Assembly: GCA_040357565.1 (NCBI GenBank) | Contig: JBDODJ010000085.1 | Direction: 5' to 3' (one strand) | Source of the DNA: Cercozoa sp. M6MM | Lineage: Eukaryota > Protista > Endomyxa: Ascetosporea | DNA length: 44,829 nt | Shown here: in pieces, positions 11,801-22,484 of the stretch | How the letters are laid out: every line of letters starts with the position of its first letter | How positions within the stretch are numbered: position 1 is the stretch's first letter | Made by a program: the position numbers and the translations under genes | Notes under the pieces: generated by a model | What the model saw: the letters and a program-made list of their open reading frames with translations, nothing else | The model's database searches: none | What the model was told of the DNA's origin: nothing

Positions 11801-14800
11801 CCGTTGTTCAGGTTGAGCGTTGAGAACGTCTCCGACGTCGTGCCCGGAACCAACAAGTTCGAGCTGCGCAACAAAAAATACCAGTGCTTAACCGAGACGA
11901 GAGAGGAGAGAGGAGAGAGGAGAGAGCGAGTGTACCCTGTGACAGTGCCAGCGGTGAGCTTGTTGTCATACTCGTCGCGCAGCTGCACAATAAATCGGTT
12001 GTGCGTCAAGTTGGACGCCATGTAGACACGCTTGCCGTCGCCGTTGTCGAGCTGCGTGATGGGCACGTTGCCTTCGTCGCGAACGTCAAACTCGAACGTG
12101 CAGTGCGGCGGCGAGATCGGGCCCGGCAACACCGTGAACACGAGCTGGCTCGTGGCCAGGGGGGCGTTGTTGTACTCCACATTGAGTTCTACACGGCCGG
12201 CCTTGGTCGTCATGAAGGTACACTCGATCTCGTCTGTGTTCACCTAGGCAGCATGGTACAAACATGTAACAGCGTAGCATATAGACGCAGAAAAGGTCGG
12301 AGTACCACAGAGCACGAGGGCGGCGCAAACGAGGAGATCGACTTCGTACCGACCTTGAACGTGTAGCTCAGACTGTTGATATGCGAATTGGCCACGTCGT
12401 AGTCGACAAGGTTGCCGTACTCGTCCGACAAGTAGATCTTGAAGGTGTACGGGTCGTTCACATTAATCGTTGTGTCCGGACCAATGGCCGACGAGGTCGA
12501 CACATCGACCGGTCCCGACAGCAGACGCAGTGAGTACTCGACCGGCGAGCCGATCGGGTTGTTGTCAAACCAGGCGCTCGGCAGGTTATCCACACACATG
12601 CCCTGCGGACGCCAGTCCACCGACGCCGTGTCAGAGCACACAGCCTTGCGGATCTTCTGGTCGCGCACGCGGATCGACAGCTTGTACGTGCCCTTGGTTG
12701 TGTGGTTGTATGCAAACGTGAGCGCCTCGTGCTCGACGCGCTTGCCGCCGTGCAACAGATACAGTTCATCAGTATCGGCGCTGTTCACATCGTTGAAGTA
12801 CGCATCACGAGCGTGCACCTCCTGCACACCAATAAGCAACACGATACAAACTTGAACACACATTAAGCCACAAAGAAACAGAGGAAGTACCAGGTTGATG
12901 GTCTGGCCAACAATCATCGGCGTCAGCGTGAGCGAAGCTTCGTCCTGGTAGACAGCGTTGCCCAAGCGTGTGAAGTCAGCCGAGATCGTGCCTGGCGACA
13001 CAAGCACCTGCAACACACACAACACGATCCACAGCACAGAGAACAAAAGAAGAAACGGCTACCTCAAACGGCGAGCCAGTCATCTGGTCGCCCGAGAGCA
13101 AGCCCTGCACGAGGTAGAGACCCTCGACCACGAAGGGCAGCACCACCGAGTAGCGGCCGTCCGTGAGCGGTGTCACCGTGATGTCGATGCCGTCCTTGGC
13201 GACAAAGTCCCAACGCGACACAAGGTCGTCGCAGTCGCCCGACTGGCACAGCCAGGCCTTCGTGCTGAAGGAGGCTGTGTCCACCACACCAGGGATCGTG
13301 ATCTCCTCACCGCACAGGTCGCGTGCGAGCACCGTAAAGCGCGCTCGCACGTCGGCGAGCGCCGCGACCGACGGATTCTGGATGATCGACTGGCCACCGT
13401 TGGCCTGCACCGTCTTGAACTCAAAGTTCTTGAGCGACACCTGCTGCGCGCTGCCGCTGCGGCTGCCCATCGTGAAGCCGATGTGCGCCAGGCCGGCGTC
13501 ACCGATGTGGTTGGCCAGCGTGTTGTTGCCCTCGAACAGAGCGACGTACACAGGCGCCACAATGTCACCCAGGAAGACAGAGATCTGCGCCGGCTTGGGC
13601 GTGTACTCGACGCGCACCTGCAGGCGCTCGTACGAGATCGTGCCCGTGTCGACGAGCTTACCGCGACTCATGTCGTAGTTCTCGATGTCGGGTGTGACGC
13701 CGTCGTTCTTGACCGGGTACTTGGCCGGACCAAGCGCGCCGTTCTCGTGCGCCGTCACGGCAGTTTGAGAGTCAGGCGACACGTGCACCGAGATGTGGTT
13801 CGGCACCTCCTCGGCCGGGTCGCTCAGGTACTCGTCGCGGTGCGTGTCGAACTCGACGGCCACCGCACCGCGAAGGTCCTGGTAGCCCATCGAGCCCGAC
13901 TTATCGTCACCGAACACCGTGTCGGACTGGCCTTGCACGACGAAGGCGAAGCCGAAGCCACGCTCGCGTCCTTGGTACGGGTTGCCCGACGAGCCGCGGA
14001 TGTCGAAGTCGAACGTCGCGCGGAAGCCGTTGAGCAGACGATGACGCTGCTTGGACCACACGTAGCCACCGCGCGACGTGTCGACGCCCATGAGCACCTC
14101 GTTGCCGTTGAGGAACTGCGTGTTCTGGGCCGTCCACTGGCTCGACGCGAACTGCGACATCATGGCGTCGCCCGTCTCGAGTGCGTCACAGAAGGCGCGC
14201 GACGAGGCGTCCCACACGATACCTGGGTGGCCAGTGTGACGATGCGCGTAGTACAGATCGAGCGCGTAGGCCTCATCCTTGGCCTGTACAGGCATAGTGA
14301 CACATTAGGCAGAGTGACAGATTACAAAGATATCTCAAGAGAAACAAGAGTGCAAACACACCTTATCGTGGCACGACGGCGAGGCCGGGTTGCAGCCAGT
14401 GTCGTAGTCGGCCATGTCGAGCGCCTTCTTGGTGCCCAGCTTCTGGTGGTTGCCGCCGAGATCGACAACGAGCTCACCGTCCAAGAAGACCCAGAGGTCG
14501 CCACTCGCGGCGTACTCGAGACGGTCGTAAACCTCATTGGTAACGGCCGGATCCGGACTCGTCGTGTTGAACAACAGGAAAGTGTGCATCTCGAACGTGA
14601 AGTACGAGTTGACCTCCTTGTACTGGTTGCTCGTGTCGCGCTCGTTGCCGAGCAGCTCGTTGTTCACCGGGTACCACAGCGACGACGAGTACGTGAAGAT
14701 CGGGTTCGGCAGCTGGCCCGAGAACGTGATCGAGTAGATCTTGTTGCGGTTGAGGTTCTTCGGCTGCAGCCACGCGTTGCCCGACGTGCCCATGTCATTC

Positions 14801-17489
14801 GGGAAGAAGCAACGCGACACACGCGACGACCTGCCACACACAGAATGTGAGTCACAAGACACATATCTATACACACGCATTACACGCATACACACACGCA
14901 GAGAAAGAGGAGAGCGCAGAGCTACCAGCAGCAGCCACCGACGAGACACGCGTCCTGAGTGTCGTAGCGACCCTCACCGCACAGAGCCATAGGACTGTTG
15001 TAAGTGCCGGCGAACTGGTCTGTGACAAGGTGGATATGTATGTTGGCAGACGCACTCAATAGACAAACGTACTGCCGCTGAAGGAGGCGCCAGTGTCAAC
15101 GCAGCCCTTGTCCGACGTTGTGAGGAACCAGTGGCGGAACAGCTGCTTGGCCTCGGTCGATCCCGACGCGAGCACCGGCTTGCGCTGGCCGTCGACAGGA
15201 TCGGCTCCACTGAGCACACTCTGGACGAGGCCAGTCCTACCGGAGAAACAACATATGAATCGTATCATGCACGAGGGCAGGTGCAAGGGGAGTGGAGGAT
15301 AGTTGATGAGTGAAACAAGGCCTACGTGATGCCAGACGACGGCGCCACGGCAAAGTCCGGATGGTGCTGCGAGAAGTCGCGCAGGATGCCCGAGAGGTAC
15401 ACGACATCGGGTTCGCTGACGATAAGCGACCAGCAGTACGACTCAGACGAGATCGCAATGCTGTTGGTCGACAGTGCCTTGACGCTAACGCAGACCGAGG
15501 TACCAATCTGGCCCCAAGATGGCGTCCACGCGAACTTGTAGCGGTAGATCGGGTCGTTGCTCACAGCCGTGTCTGGGTTGTTCGCCGTCTGGCCAAGCGA
15601 CACAAAGGCCGCACCGTACGGGTAGCCCTACACAGAAGAGAGAGTGTACTTCTGTAGGCAAAAATAGAGGCCGAAATGGGTACCGTAGACACGATCTCGA
15701 TCGTGTTCGCCATGTGATGCAAACCAGGAACACCGGCCCAGGCATCCATGTTGATAACGATCTCCTGACCCCAGAGACCGTTGATGGAACCGAGCGGAGT
15801 CGTGTTGCCACCGCCGCTCGAGCCGTTGAACAGCAGACGCGGCGAGAACTTGCCGCGCACCTTGAGCAGGATGATGAAATCGACCATTGTGTACGTCACC
15901 GTACGCCTGTTGCTGTAAGTGCCTTGGTGCTGACGAATCAGACCATCTGACACGAGCTTGGCGTACGGGCTGCAAGAGACATCAACACGTACACAGACAC
16001 AGCCACAGACACACACATACATGCACTTATACAGACGCACACACAAGCACAAACTCTATCTCGATTACCCGGAAGAGCCAGCCACGTCCTGGGCAAGCTG
16101 CCGACTCGAAGTCGACGTGCGCTCACCGTAGCGCACCACGAAGCTCTGGCCGTTGAGCGTGGCCAGGCGGTTGCGCAGGGCGGCCTGATCGAGCACCTGG
16201 TGATCGAAGAAGCGCACCGAGAGCGCATACAGACCGAGAGTGCGCATCTTGCTGCTCGAGGGCGTGCCAGAGTCGCGCTCGCGGAACTTAGCCCAGCACT
16301 GCGTGTACGGCTCGGTCGTGATGAAACGGTTCTCGACCGACACGAAGGTGATATCCGAGTACGCGGCTTCACCTGCTGTCGACTTGCGGCAGGCGAGGAA
16401 GTCACCGTCACCGTCAGTGGCCGGGATGAGGAACTCAATCACCGATTCCTGTCTGTCCTGCACATCGTTGTAGTCGATGTCGCAGGCGCCGATCTTGCCG
16501 TTGTAGGCGCGGAAGACGTCGTCAACCCAGCGGCAGTAGCTCTTGCCATTGCACGTCGACTTGAAGTTGATGTCACCGCACTCCTCGGCGCGACCCTCGT
16601 CGATGGCGTTGCCGTTGAACTGACGGAACAGAACCGTGATCGGCAGAACCGACGGCACCGGACTGTTGCGGTTTCGCGTGGTCGAGCGCACCTGAGACAA
16701 GTATTTAAAAATGTTCTCATGCCAGTAGAAGAAAGAGCTACCATGTAGGTGGCCTCCACTCTCCACGAGTCGTCGGCCTGGTTGGCGCGCAGATTAGACA
16801 CACGACAGCAGCCAGAGTGGTACGCCAGACGAACGATGTCACTGCCCGACGTGCTGCCAACGTAGTTCTCGTTGACGTGCGTGGCGAGTGCGAGCCACCA
16901 GTCCTCAGCGTACGGGTCCGAAGACGCCAGACAGTCGTTGCGGGATGTGCTGCTCCTGCCGTCGATGTTGAGATTGTACCTCGACACCTGTGCAAGTTGA
17001 GTACCATCAAAAAGACGCACAGCAGAATGTGCAAGCAAGGCCGCCCAAGTACCTTTGCGGTCGGCGGCGTGTGCTGAATGTTACAGTTCTCGCGGCCACC
17101 GCCCATGTTCTTGAGCGTCTGCCAGACCGACGAGGAGAGACTACCGAATGAGTAGCGCCACGCATGACGCTGCTCGAACGTCACGCGGTTCTCAATATCC
17201 TGCCAAACAAACACACAACGGATACAAGAGCATACAAACAGATGCACTCCAACGAAGCAAGTACCGTAGACCACGTGATAGACATGAAGCGGAAGTGCGT
17301 CGCCACTGCCTGCTGTGCTGACAGCAGCAGCAGGAGCAGCACTAGCCATGGCGTTCGCCATGGGCTATGACACCGCCCGGACCTGTGCACACCAGAAAAT
17401 CAGGGGAAAAAGTAAGTCGAAAAAAGAAAACACAACGCCACACGACCACACAAAAACGGAAACGTCCCGCAGAGGTAAAGCCCAAACAT
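1163..17489 (-). CDS. Giant type I membrane protein (roughly 4,700 aa, 30 introns): signal peptide, SibA-like N-terminus, fibro-slime/PA14, L-type lectin, filamin/Ig-like repeats, Cys-rich repeats, single TM, charged tail
   Basis: The minus-strand ORF pieces join in frame through 30 canonical introns, checked one by one. Start MFGLYLCGT|SGRCHSPWRTPWLVLLLLLLSAQQAVA-THFRFMSITWST; TM WGWVLVFVLGGFTVAMVLVYMIV followed by RYSRYRNKYK; end ...AFDNEDFKPQM* (TAA at 1165-1163). The start-codon exon (17489-17464) is the least certain part. Length is an estimate. Confidence 0.85.
2570..7520 (-). repeat. Coding tandem array of short Cys-rich repeats, consensus about C-P-x3-P-x2-C-x-D/N/S-G-x-C-x5-C (several tens of copies)
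   Basis: Examples: CPTQSPFLCWDRTCRTRAADC, CPDSAPLLCPTGQCVSKRRTC, CPVSAPFKCWNGLCVESSAYC, CPASQPFRCPDGNCAATASLC, CPVAAPVKCFDGYCAASSAVC. Confidence 0.9.
5829..5873. repeat. (CA)n microsatellite inside an intron of the giant gene ((UG)n in the pre-mRNA)
   Basis: Pure CA run inside intron about 5795-5896. Confidence 0.95.
7520..13400 (-). other. Filamin/invasin-type Ig-like repeat region of the giant protein
   Basis: Recurring motif (V/L/G)xDx(Y/F)GN in beta-rich units: GRDKYGN, AYDSFGN, VMDEYGN, FFDAVGN, AKDSYGN, ARDAYGN, VRDRNGN, LSDEYGN; also V-x-PG-x-(I/V)-(S/D) linkers and a GSPF motif. Confidence 0.75.
13410..14130 (-). other. L-type (legume-like) lectin domain of the giant protein
   Basis: GGYVWSKQ...GFRATFDFDI...GFGFAFVVQG...GYQDLRGAVAVEFDTHRDEYLSDP...NHISVH...AHIGFTMGS fits the legume/bacterial L-type lectin pattern. 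Confidence 0.85.
14200..15410 (-). other. Fibro-slime / PA14 domain of the giant protein
   Basis: LSGILRDFSQHHPDF...GLVQSVL...KPV...LFRHWF...NSYFTFEMHTFLLF...LEYAASGDLWVFLDGELVVDLGGNH...YALDLYYAHRHT resembles the Fibrobacter/Dictyostelium Psi fibro-slime PA14 family. Confidence 0.85.
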
Positions 17490-17769
17490 GCAAGGCAAAA
17501 TGGTGCAGTAGATCTGCCCAGCAGCCTCAGATGCACCGAGAGGGCTGTGGCCACTGGGAGAAAACTCACAGCACGAAAAATCTTACATCACGACAGACGT
17601 CCTTTCGTCACTGTGCTTGGCTGCCGCTTGTGGAGAACAGTGCAGCCGCTTGGTGAGATTAGGTTGAAAACTCGAGGCTGCTTAACCGTTGATGAGCAGC
17701 AGGCACCCCTTGCATCGGCTCGACATCGGCTCAGCGCGAGCTTTGAGCCGAAACGGCCAGCCAGCGATC

Positions 17770-17874
17770 AGTGCTGCAGTAACGGTACGATCGCTGGTTG
17801 TTGTTCTCTAAACAGGAGTGTGAGTGCTGCAGTATCGATACGATCGCTGGTTGTTGTTCCCAAACAGGAGTGTG
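17770..17874. repeat. Imperfect 53/52-bp direct tandem duplication in the head-to-head intergenic region
   Basis: agtgctgcagtaacggtacgatcgctggttgttgttctctaaacaggagtgtg is followed immediately by agtgctgcagtatcgatacgatcgctggttgttgttcccaaacaggagtgtg. Confidence 0.9.
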
Positions 17875-17996
17875 CTACAGACAGTATTGGCGCTGCTGTG
17901 TATGTGCGACTTGGGGAAACGAGGTAGCAAATGTAAAAGATCCCCGTAGATTTTTGTGCTTGTCGAAATCTGTTATTCTGCGTTTCATTAGACTGA

Positions 17997-19513
17997 ATGA
18001 ACAGATCCTTCGCATGGCCCTACACGGCCACCGTGTTGGGCGCCTTTGCGCTGGTACTACACGCAGTGCCAAACGCCTACATGGACGAAATTTTCCACAT
18101 CCCGCAGACGCAGGCTTTCTGCCAGCGGAGGTAATAATGTACCTTGCGGTCAGCCAGGCAGCCCTCATGTAACAAACGCAGGTGGGAGTGGAACCCTGAT
18201 ATTACGACGCTCCCAGGAAGTTACTTGGTGGCCATGGTGGTGTCCGCAGTGCTCGGACTCGAGTGTAGCACAGCGCTGCTCCGCACCGTGAATGTGTTGG
18301 TGCTGGTGCTTGTGCTGCCTCATGTGCTACAGCGACTGACGGCGAAACGCGCATCGATCTCGCTGCTGCAGCCAGTGCTGGTGTTCTGCGGCATGCTCTT
18401 CTACACGGACGTGCTGAGCACGGCGTGGACACTGGCCACGTGGTCTCTGGTGCGTCGGCCGAGCTCGCACTGGCCGCAGCTGTGCATACTCGTGTGTGCC
18501 TCAATGGCAGTGTTCACGCGGCAGACCAACGTTGTGTGGCTCCTCTTCGTGTCTGCTGACGACCTGATCTCTCGCAGTACGCACAAGAACTCGCTGCTGG
18601 GCTTTGTGCGCTTTGTGTGGCACGACCTGTGCTCGCTTCTGTGGTCGCAGCGTGCACTTGCCTTTGTTGGTACTACAGACTTTGCCTTTAGCCTTTACGT
18701 TGGGGGGGTGGTCGAATGGGTGTTGTGTGTGTGTGTGTGTGTGTGTTATGTTGTGTGTTATGATGCAGTGCTGTGCTTTGCTGCCTTCGTGCAGTGGAAC
18801 GGCGCCATTGTCATAGGTCATCATGAGCACCACCGTGTCAGCTTTGTGCCGGTGCAGATGCTCTACTGCGCCGCTGCCTTCGCCGCCTTCAACCTGCCAC
18901 TCGTGATGTTCGAAATGCGCAATGTCTGCGTCGACTTGTGTCGCAGGCGAACTCGAGGGCGCACGGTGAGTGCTTTTGCTGCACTGACTGTCACGTGTGC
19001 AGCGGCAGCCAAGGCTTCAACGGAGCCGTTCCACCCGTTTGTGCTGAGTGACTCGCGGCACTACACGAGTGTCCTGGTGCGTCACATCTTCCTGCGTGCG
19101 TCGCCCTTCATTCGGCCTGCCAACCTGCACGCCTTGTTCGCTCCGGTCTACGCCTGGCTGTTCCTTGCCTTGCATAGACTTGTGCGCCGTACACTTTTGC
19201 TTGCACTGAGGTGTGAGGCAAAGAGGCTGCTTTGAGGTTGCTCGTTGGTGCAGACACTGGCCGTGTGCGTGTGTGCGTCTTGTTACTGGCGAGTCTGCTG
19301 GCGACGTCGCTGTCCTCGCTGCCCGAGCCGCGGTATTACGTGCTGCCGCACCTCGTTGTGCTCGTGCTGTCATCAGAAGTGCCGCTACCCAAGCCTGTCT
19401 TTCTATTGTCCATGTGCTGGACGGCACTGGTGGCTTTCGGGGCCATCCTGGTTTTTGCACTGCTCCCACGCGGATTTTGGCCTGATGGCTCTGAGCTGCG
19501 CATGATGTGGTGA
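17997..19513 (+). CDS. ALG10: Dol-P-Glc:Glc2Man9GlcNAc2-PP-Dol alpha-1,2-glucosyltransferase (DIE2/ALG10 family)
   Basis: Spliced product has AYMDEIFHIPQTQAFC, WNPDITTLPG, LFYTDVLS, RQTNVVW, FVQWNGAIVIG, HPFVLSDSRHYT, EPRYYVLP and terminal RMMW*, the characteristic ALG10 motifs; three introns. Confidence 0.93.
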
Positions 19514-19699
19514 CCCGACCTACTGCGTGAGCGGAGACGACTCGGACTGCTTTGCTAGCTAGTTTATGTACGATAACTCAATCTGGCGCGATGGATGTTC
19601 TGTTCCGTTCAAATTGCGGCTTGAGGCTAACCTTCAGTAGTTAGTTACTCGACTAGCTCGACTAGTTCAGCCGACGCTATTAACGTGCCATCGAAGTGA

Positions 19700-21196
19700 T
19701 CAGTCGGGCTCAGGCTTTACGCGAAAGGCGTGCAAGGTGGCGATACGGTCAAAGAACTGAGTGGCCGACACAACACGGTCGCACATGTGCTCGCGGCGCC
19801 AGCGTCGCGCGTCCTGCGGTCCGAATGTGACAGCCACGACGGTGTGTCGGCGTGCCCCGTCGTCGTCGTGCTGCTGCGAGCGGCGGAGCTGCGTGCGCCA
19901 CGAGTGCCGCTGCTGCGACACGTCGAACACAGTAGCTCCGGCCAGTACCAGTAGCTCTTGCAGCTACAAACACCACAGACTACATGTAACACAGAGTGGA
20001 GGGTGTAACAGAGAGTACCTGCAGCCATCGGTGTCGCATACGATGTGCAGCAGGCGGTGCCACCAGCACCGTGATATTCGAAAACAGTCGCTGCGCCGAG
20101 GGTCGATCTCGGTACCGCTGCCTGGCGCAGGCGCACACGTTGAGTTCGTCCGTATCGGGCTGCACGAGTCCGTCCAAGGCGGTCTCATCATCCGAGCTGT
20201 CCAACTCGTCGTGATCATCATCAAGCATGTCTTCGAGACTGCCAGGATCGAGAGCGCTCGAATTTGGCTTCTTTGCCTCACTCTGTCCCTGCGTGGCCGC
20301 ATCTGCTTGCTGTCGCTGCAGTCGGTGTCGTCGCAGCGACAGCAGCTGCAGGGCGCGCGTGTCGCCGCTCATCTCGAAGAGTGCCTCGCGACACCGCGCG
20401 TCCTGTGGGCCGTGCCGAGCCACTTGGTGCATCCACTCCTCCTGGAGGATCCACACGCCACGCAGCAGTGCCGCCATGTACTTGGCCGTGCGGTTCAGCA
20501 GCATGCGGTGCCGCCCTGTCACGACGAGGTGTGTCACCTCCTCGAACTCCTCGATCTCGTGCACGACGCGCCACTCGACATTTACACGTGACAGTGCACC
20601 TACCATCAGTACGCACGTGCTGAGCCAGTGGTCACATCACATGGCACGGGAGCGTCATTTGGTACCACGAAACCGCCGCTCCAGTGTGGCGAAACCGGCA
20701 CCTCGATCGCCTGTGACTGCGTAGATCACGCGACTCGCGCCTGCCTCCTCGTACTCGAACTCGACACTGTCGTCTGCCGGCTCGGTCTCACTGCGCACGT
20801 GCTCAGTTGGAAAAGGAACCAGTCAGCACGTGTCAGTGGGTTGGACTAGAGGGAGAGGGGAGGGTGTACACTGACAGACGTCGCTTCTTGGCCGGCGGTT
20901 CTCCCGACCGTTCTTCGCATACTTCCTCGGGCACTGCCTCCGGTACTGCCTCGGTTGCTTTCACAGAGGATGATCGCGCCGGCACTGATGGTTGTTCTGA
21001 CTTGATGCGACGCCTCGTGCTCCGCGCGGACGGCGCACGTGCCGTGTTGTCGTCCGCGACAGTGGCACGTGAGCGATCGTCGCAGTGCCGGTCGCAGAAG
21101 TAGTGGAAGAAAGGACCGCCTGGTACGTCGCGCAACTCCAGCATGCCGGCAGGGTCGGCACGTGGCGCACACGGAATGTGGAATACTCGGCGACAC
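19700..21196 (-). CDS. PHD-finger plus tandem BRCT protein (BRCA1/BARD1-like architecture), 5' end missing in the assembly gap
   Basis: First visible exon CRRVFHIPCA...YFCDRH (second half of an extended PHD finger); NLS-like PPAKKRR; BRCT1 VIYAVTG...VTHLVV...RTAKYMAALLRGVWILQEEW; BRCT2 RLFSNITVLV...LQELLVLAGATV...VSATQFFDRIA; three in-frame introns. Confidence 0.8.
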
Positions 21197-21247
21197 CTAA
21201 GGGTACTCAAGTGAGTCTCAACAAGGGCACGAGTTGAACTGGGGGGG

Positions 21248-21347
21248 NNNNNNNNNNNNNNNNNNNNNNNNNNNNNNNNNNNNNNNNNNNNNNNNNNNNN
21301 NNNNNNNNNNNNNNNNNNNNNNNNNNNNNNNNNNNNNNNNNNNNNNN
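21248..21347. other. Assembly gap (100 N, true size unknown), flanked by poly-G and a (TG)n tract to about 21420
   Basis: Run of N. Confidence 1.
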
Positions 21348-21389
<42 letters not shown>

Positions 21390-21463
21390 TCTGTGGGTGT
21401 GTGTGTGGGTATGTGTGTGTCACTACGTATAAAAGTACGTTTGTGTTTGAAAAAGCGAGGAAC

Positions 21464-22484
21464 CGGGCTTTATCAACACGTTTTTCTTGACGATCGGAAT
21501 AAATGTTGCTGCGTCTCGGCGCAGCGACACCTGGTACCGATACTCAAGTACTCGTCGCGTCTCGGTGTTGTTGTCCTGCATAATTAACACTCACTTGTGT
21601 GTGACAGAGCGCAGTTAGTCTATAATACCTTTTCAAAGAAGCGAGCGGACAACGTCATCGAGAATACCCACACTCTGGTATCTCGCTGTGGCCGACAATG
21701 GGGGTTGCGAGACAGCTTGTTCTTGCCAAGACAGAACTGAACAACCCAGGTACTTTGTTTCGAGCTTACACAATACCACGGATAAAATAACCTACCTCAT
21801 CGATCTCGGTGACAAAGCCCAAAAAGTCATCAAACCCGAGCTCCTCGGCCTTCAATGTCCACAGTTTCTTGATCTCCTCCTCATCGTCCGTGCCGCAGAC
21901 ACGCTCACCGAGCTTGTACCGGCTCTGGCGCAGTCTCTCACTGCCTGCGAGTGAGCAGAAAACACGACGTCGCAGTGACTGCGCCCACCGGTGCTCCTGG
22001 TTCGCCGTGTCGGCCATGGACTCGATCGTTGCTCGCTTACACAGCAACTCGTGTATCGCCAACAACTGATTCTTCATCGAGCCGTTGCCGTGAGACAGCA
22101 CGGTGTGAAAGCCGTCGTCATTGGTGGTCGAGAGTCGCACCGCCTCTTTCTTGCACTTGGGCGTGCGATTGTTGTTGCCTGCCTTTTTTAGGCAACACCA
22201 GACCAGGACCTCCTCACCATGGCGTTTGCGCACTGCCAGTTGGAGGCGTTGCTTGCAGTGTCGGCACTCTGGCACGTCATCTGCGGCAATGTTCTCCGTG
22301 ACGAGCGACTGCATGCACATAGTATATTTTTCTTGTTTCTTGGTGTTGTTACTTGTTATTTTACCTGTATCGCAGTCAGCAGGGTTTTGGTGCTGAGTTT
22401 CGATAATTGCGTTGCCGCACGCGCAGAATACAGCGCCTCCAGTGCCTCTTCAGGCGTTTTGATCGCTTCTGGCTTGCCACTCAT
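21464..22484 (-). mobile_element. Intron-containing Merlin / IS1595 (ISXO2-like) DDE transposase gene, 3' part lost at the gap
   Basis: Spliced: MSGKPEAIK...TAIQ|SLVTENIAADDVPECRHCKQRLQL...VWCCLKK...PKC (zinc ribbon)...FVTEIDE|FCLGKNKLSRNPHCRPQRDTRVWVFSMTLSARFFEK|DNNTETRRVLEYRYQVSLRRDAATFIPIVKKNVLIKPG. The EIDE, K-rich, WVF and RDAATxxPIxxxNVxxxG motifs are Merlin/ISXO2 hallmarks. Three phase-0 introns keep the frame. No TIR or TSD identified. Confidence 0.8.

Noticed and set aside
12958-14850. 630-aa plus-strand ORF, and similar long antisense ORFs at 1814-2935, 3551-4567 and 7985-9031
   Set aside because: Antisense shadows of GC3-rich exons of the giant minus-strand gene. Their limits track its exons and they show no recognisable motifs.
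17770-17874. CRISPR-like repeat
   Set aside because: Only two abutting copies with no spacer and no cas genes, in a eukaryotic context.
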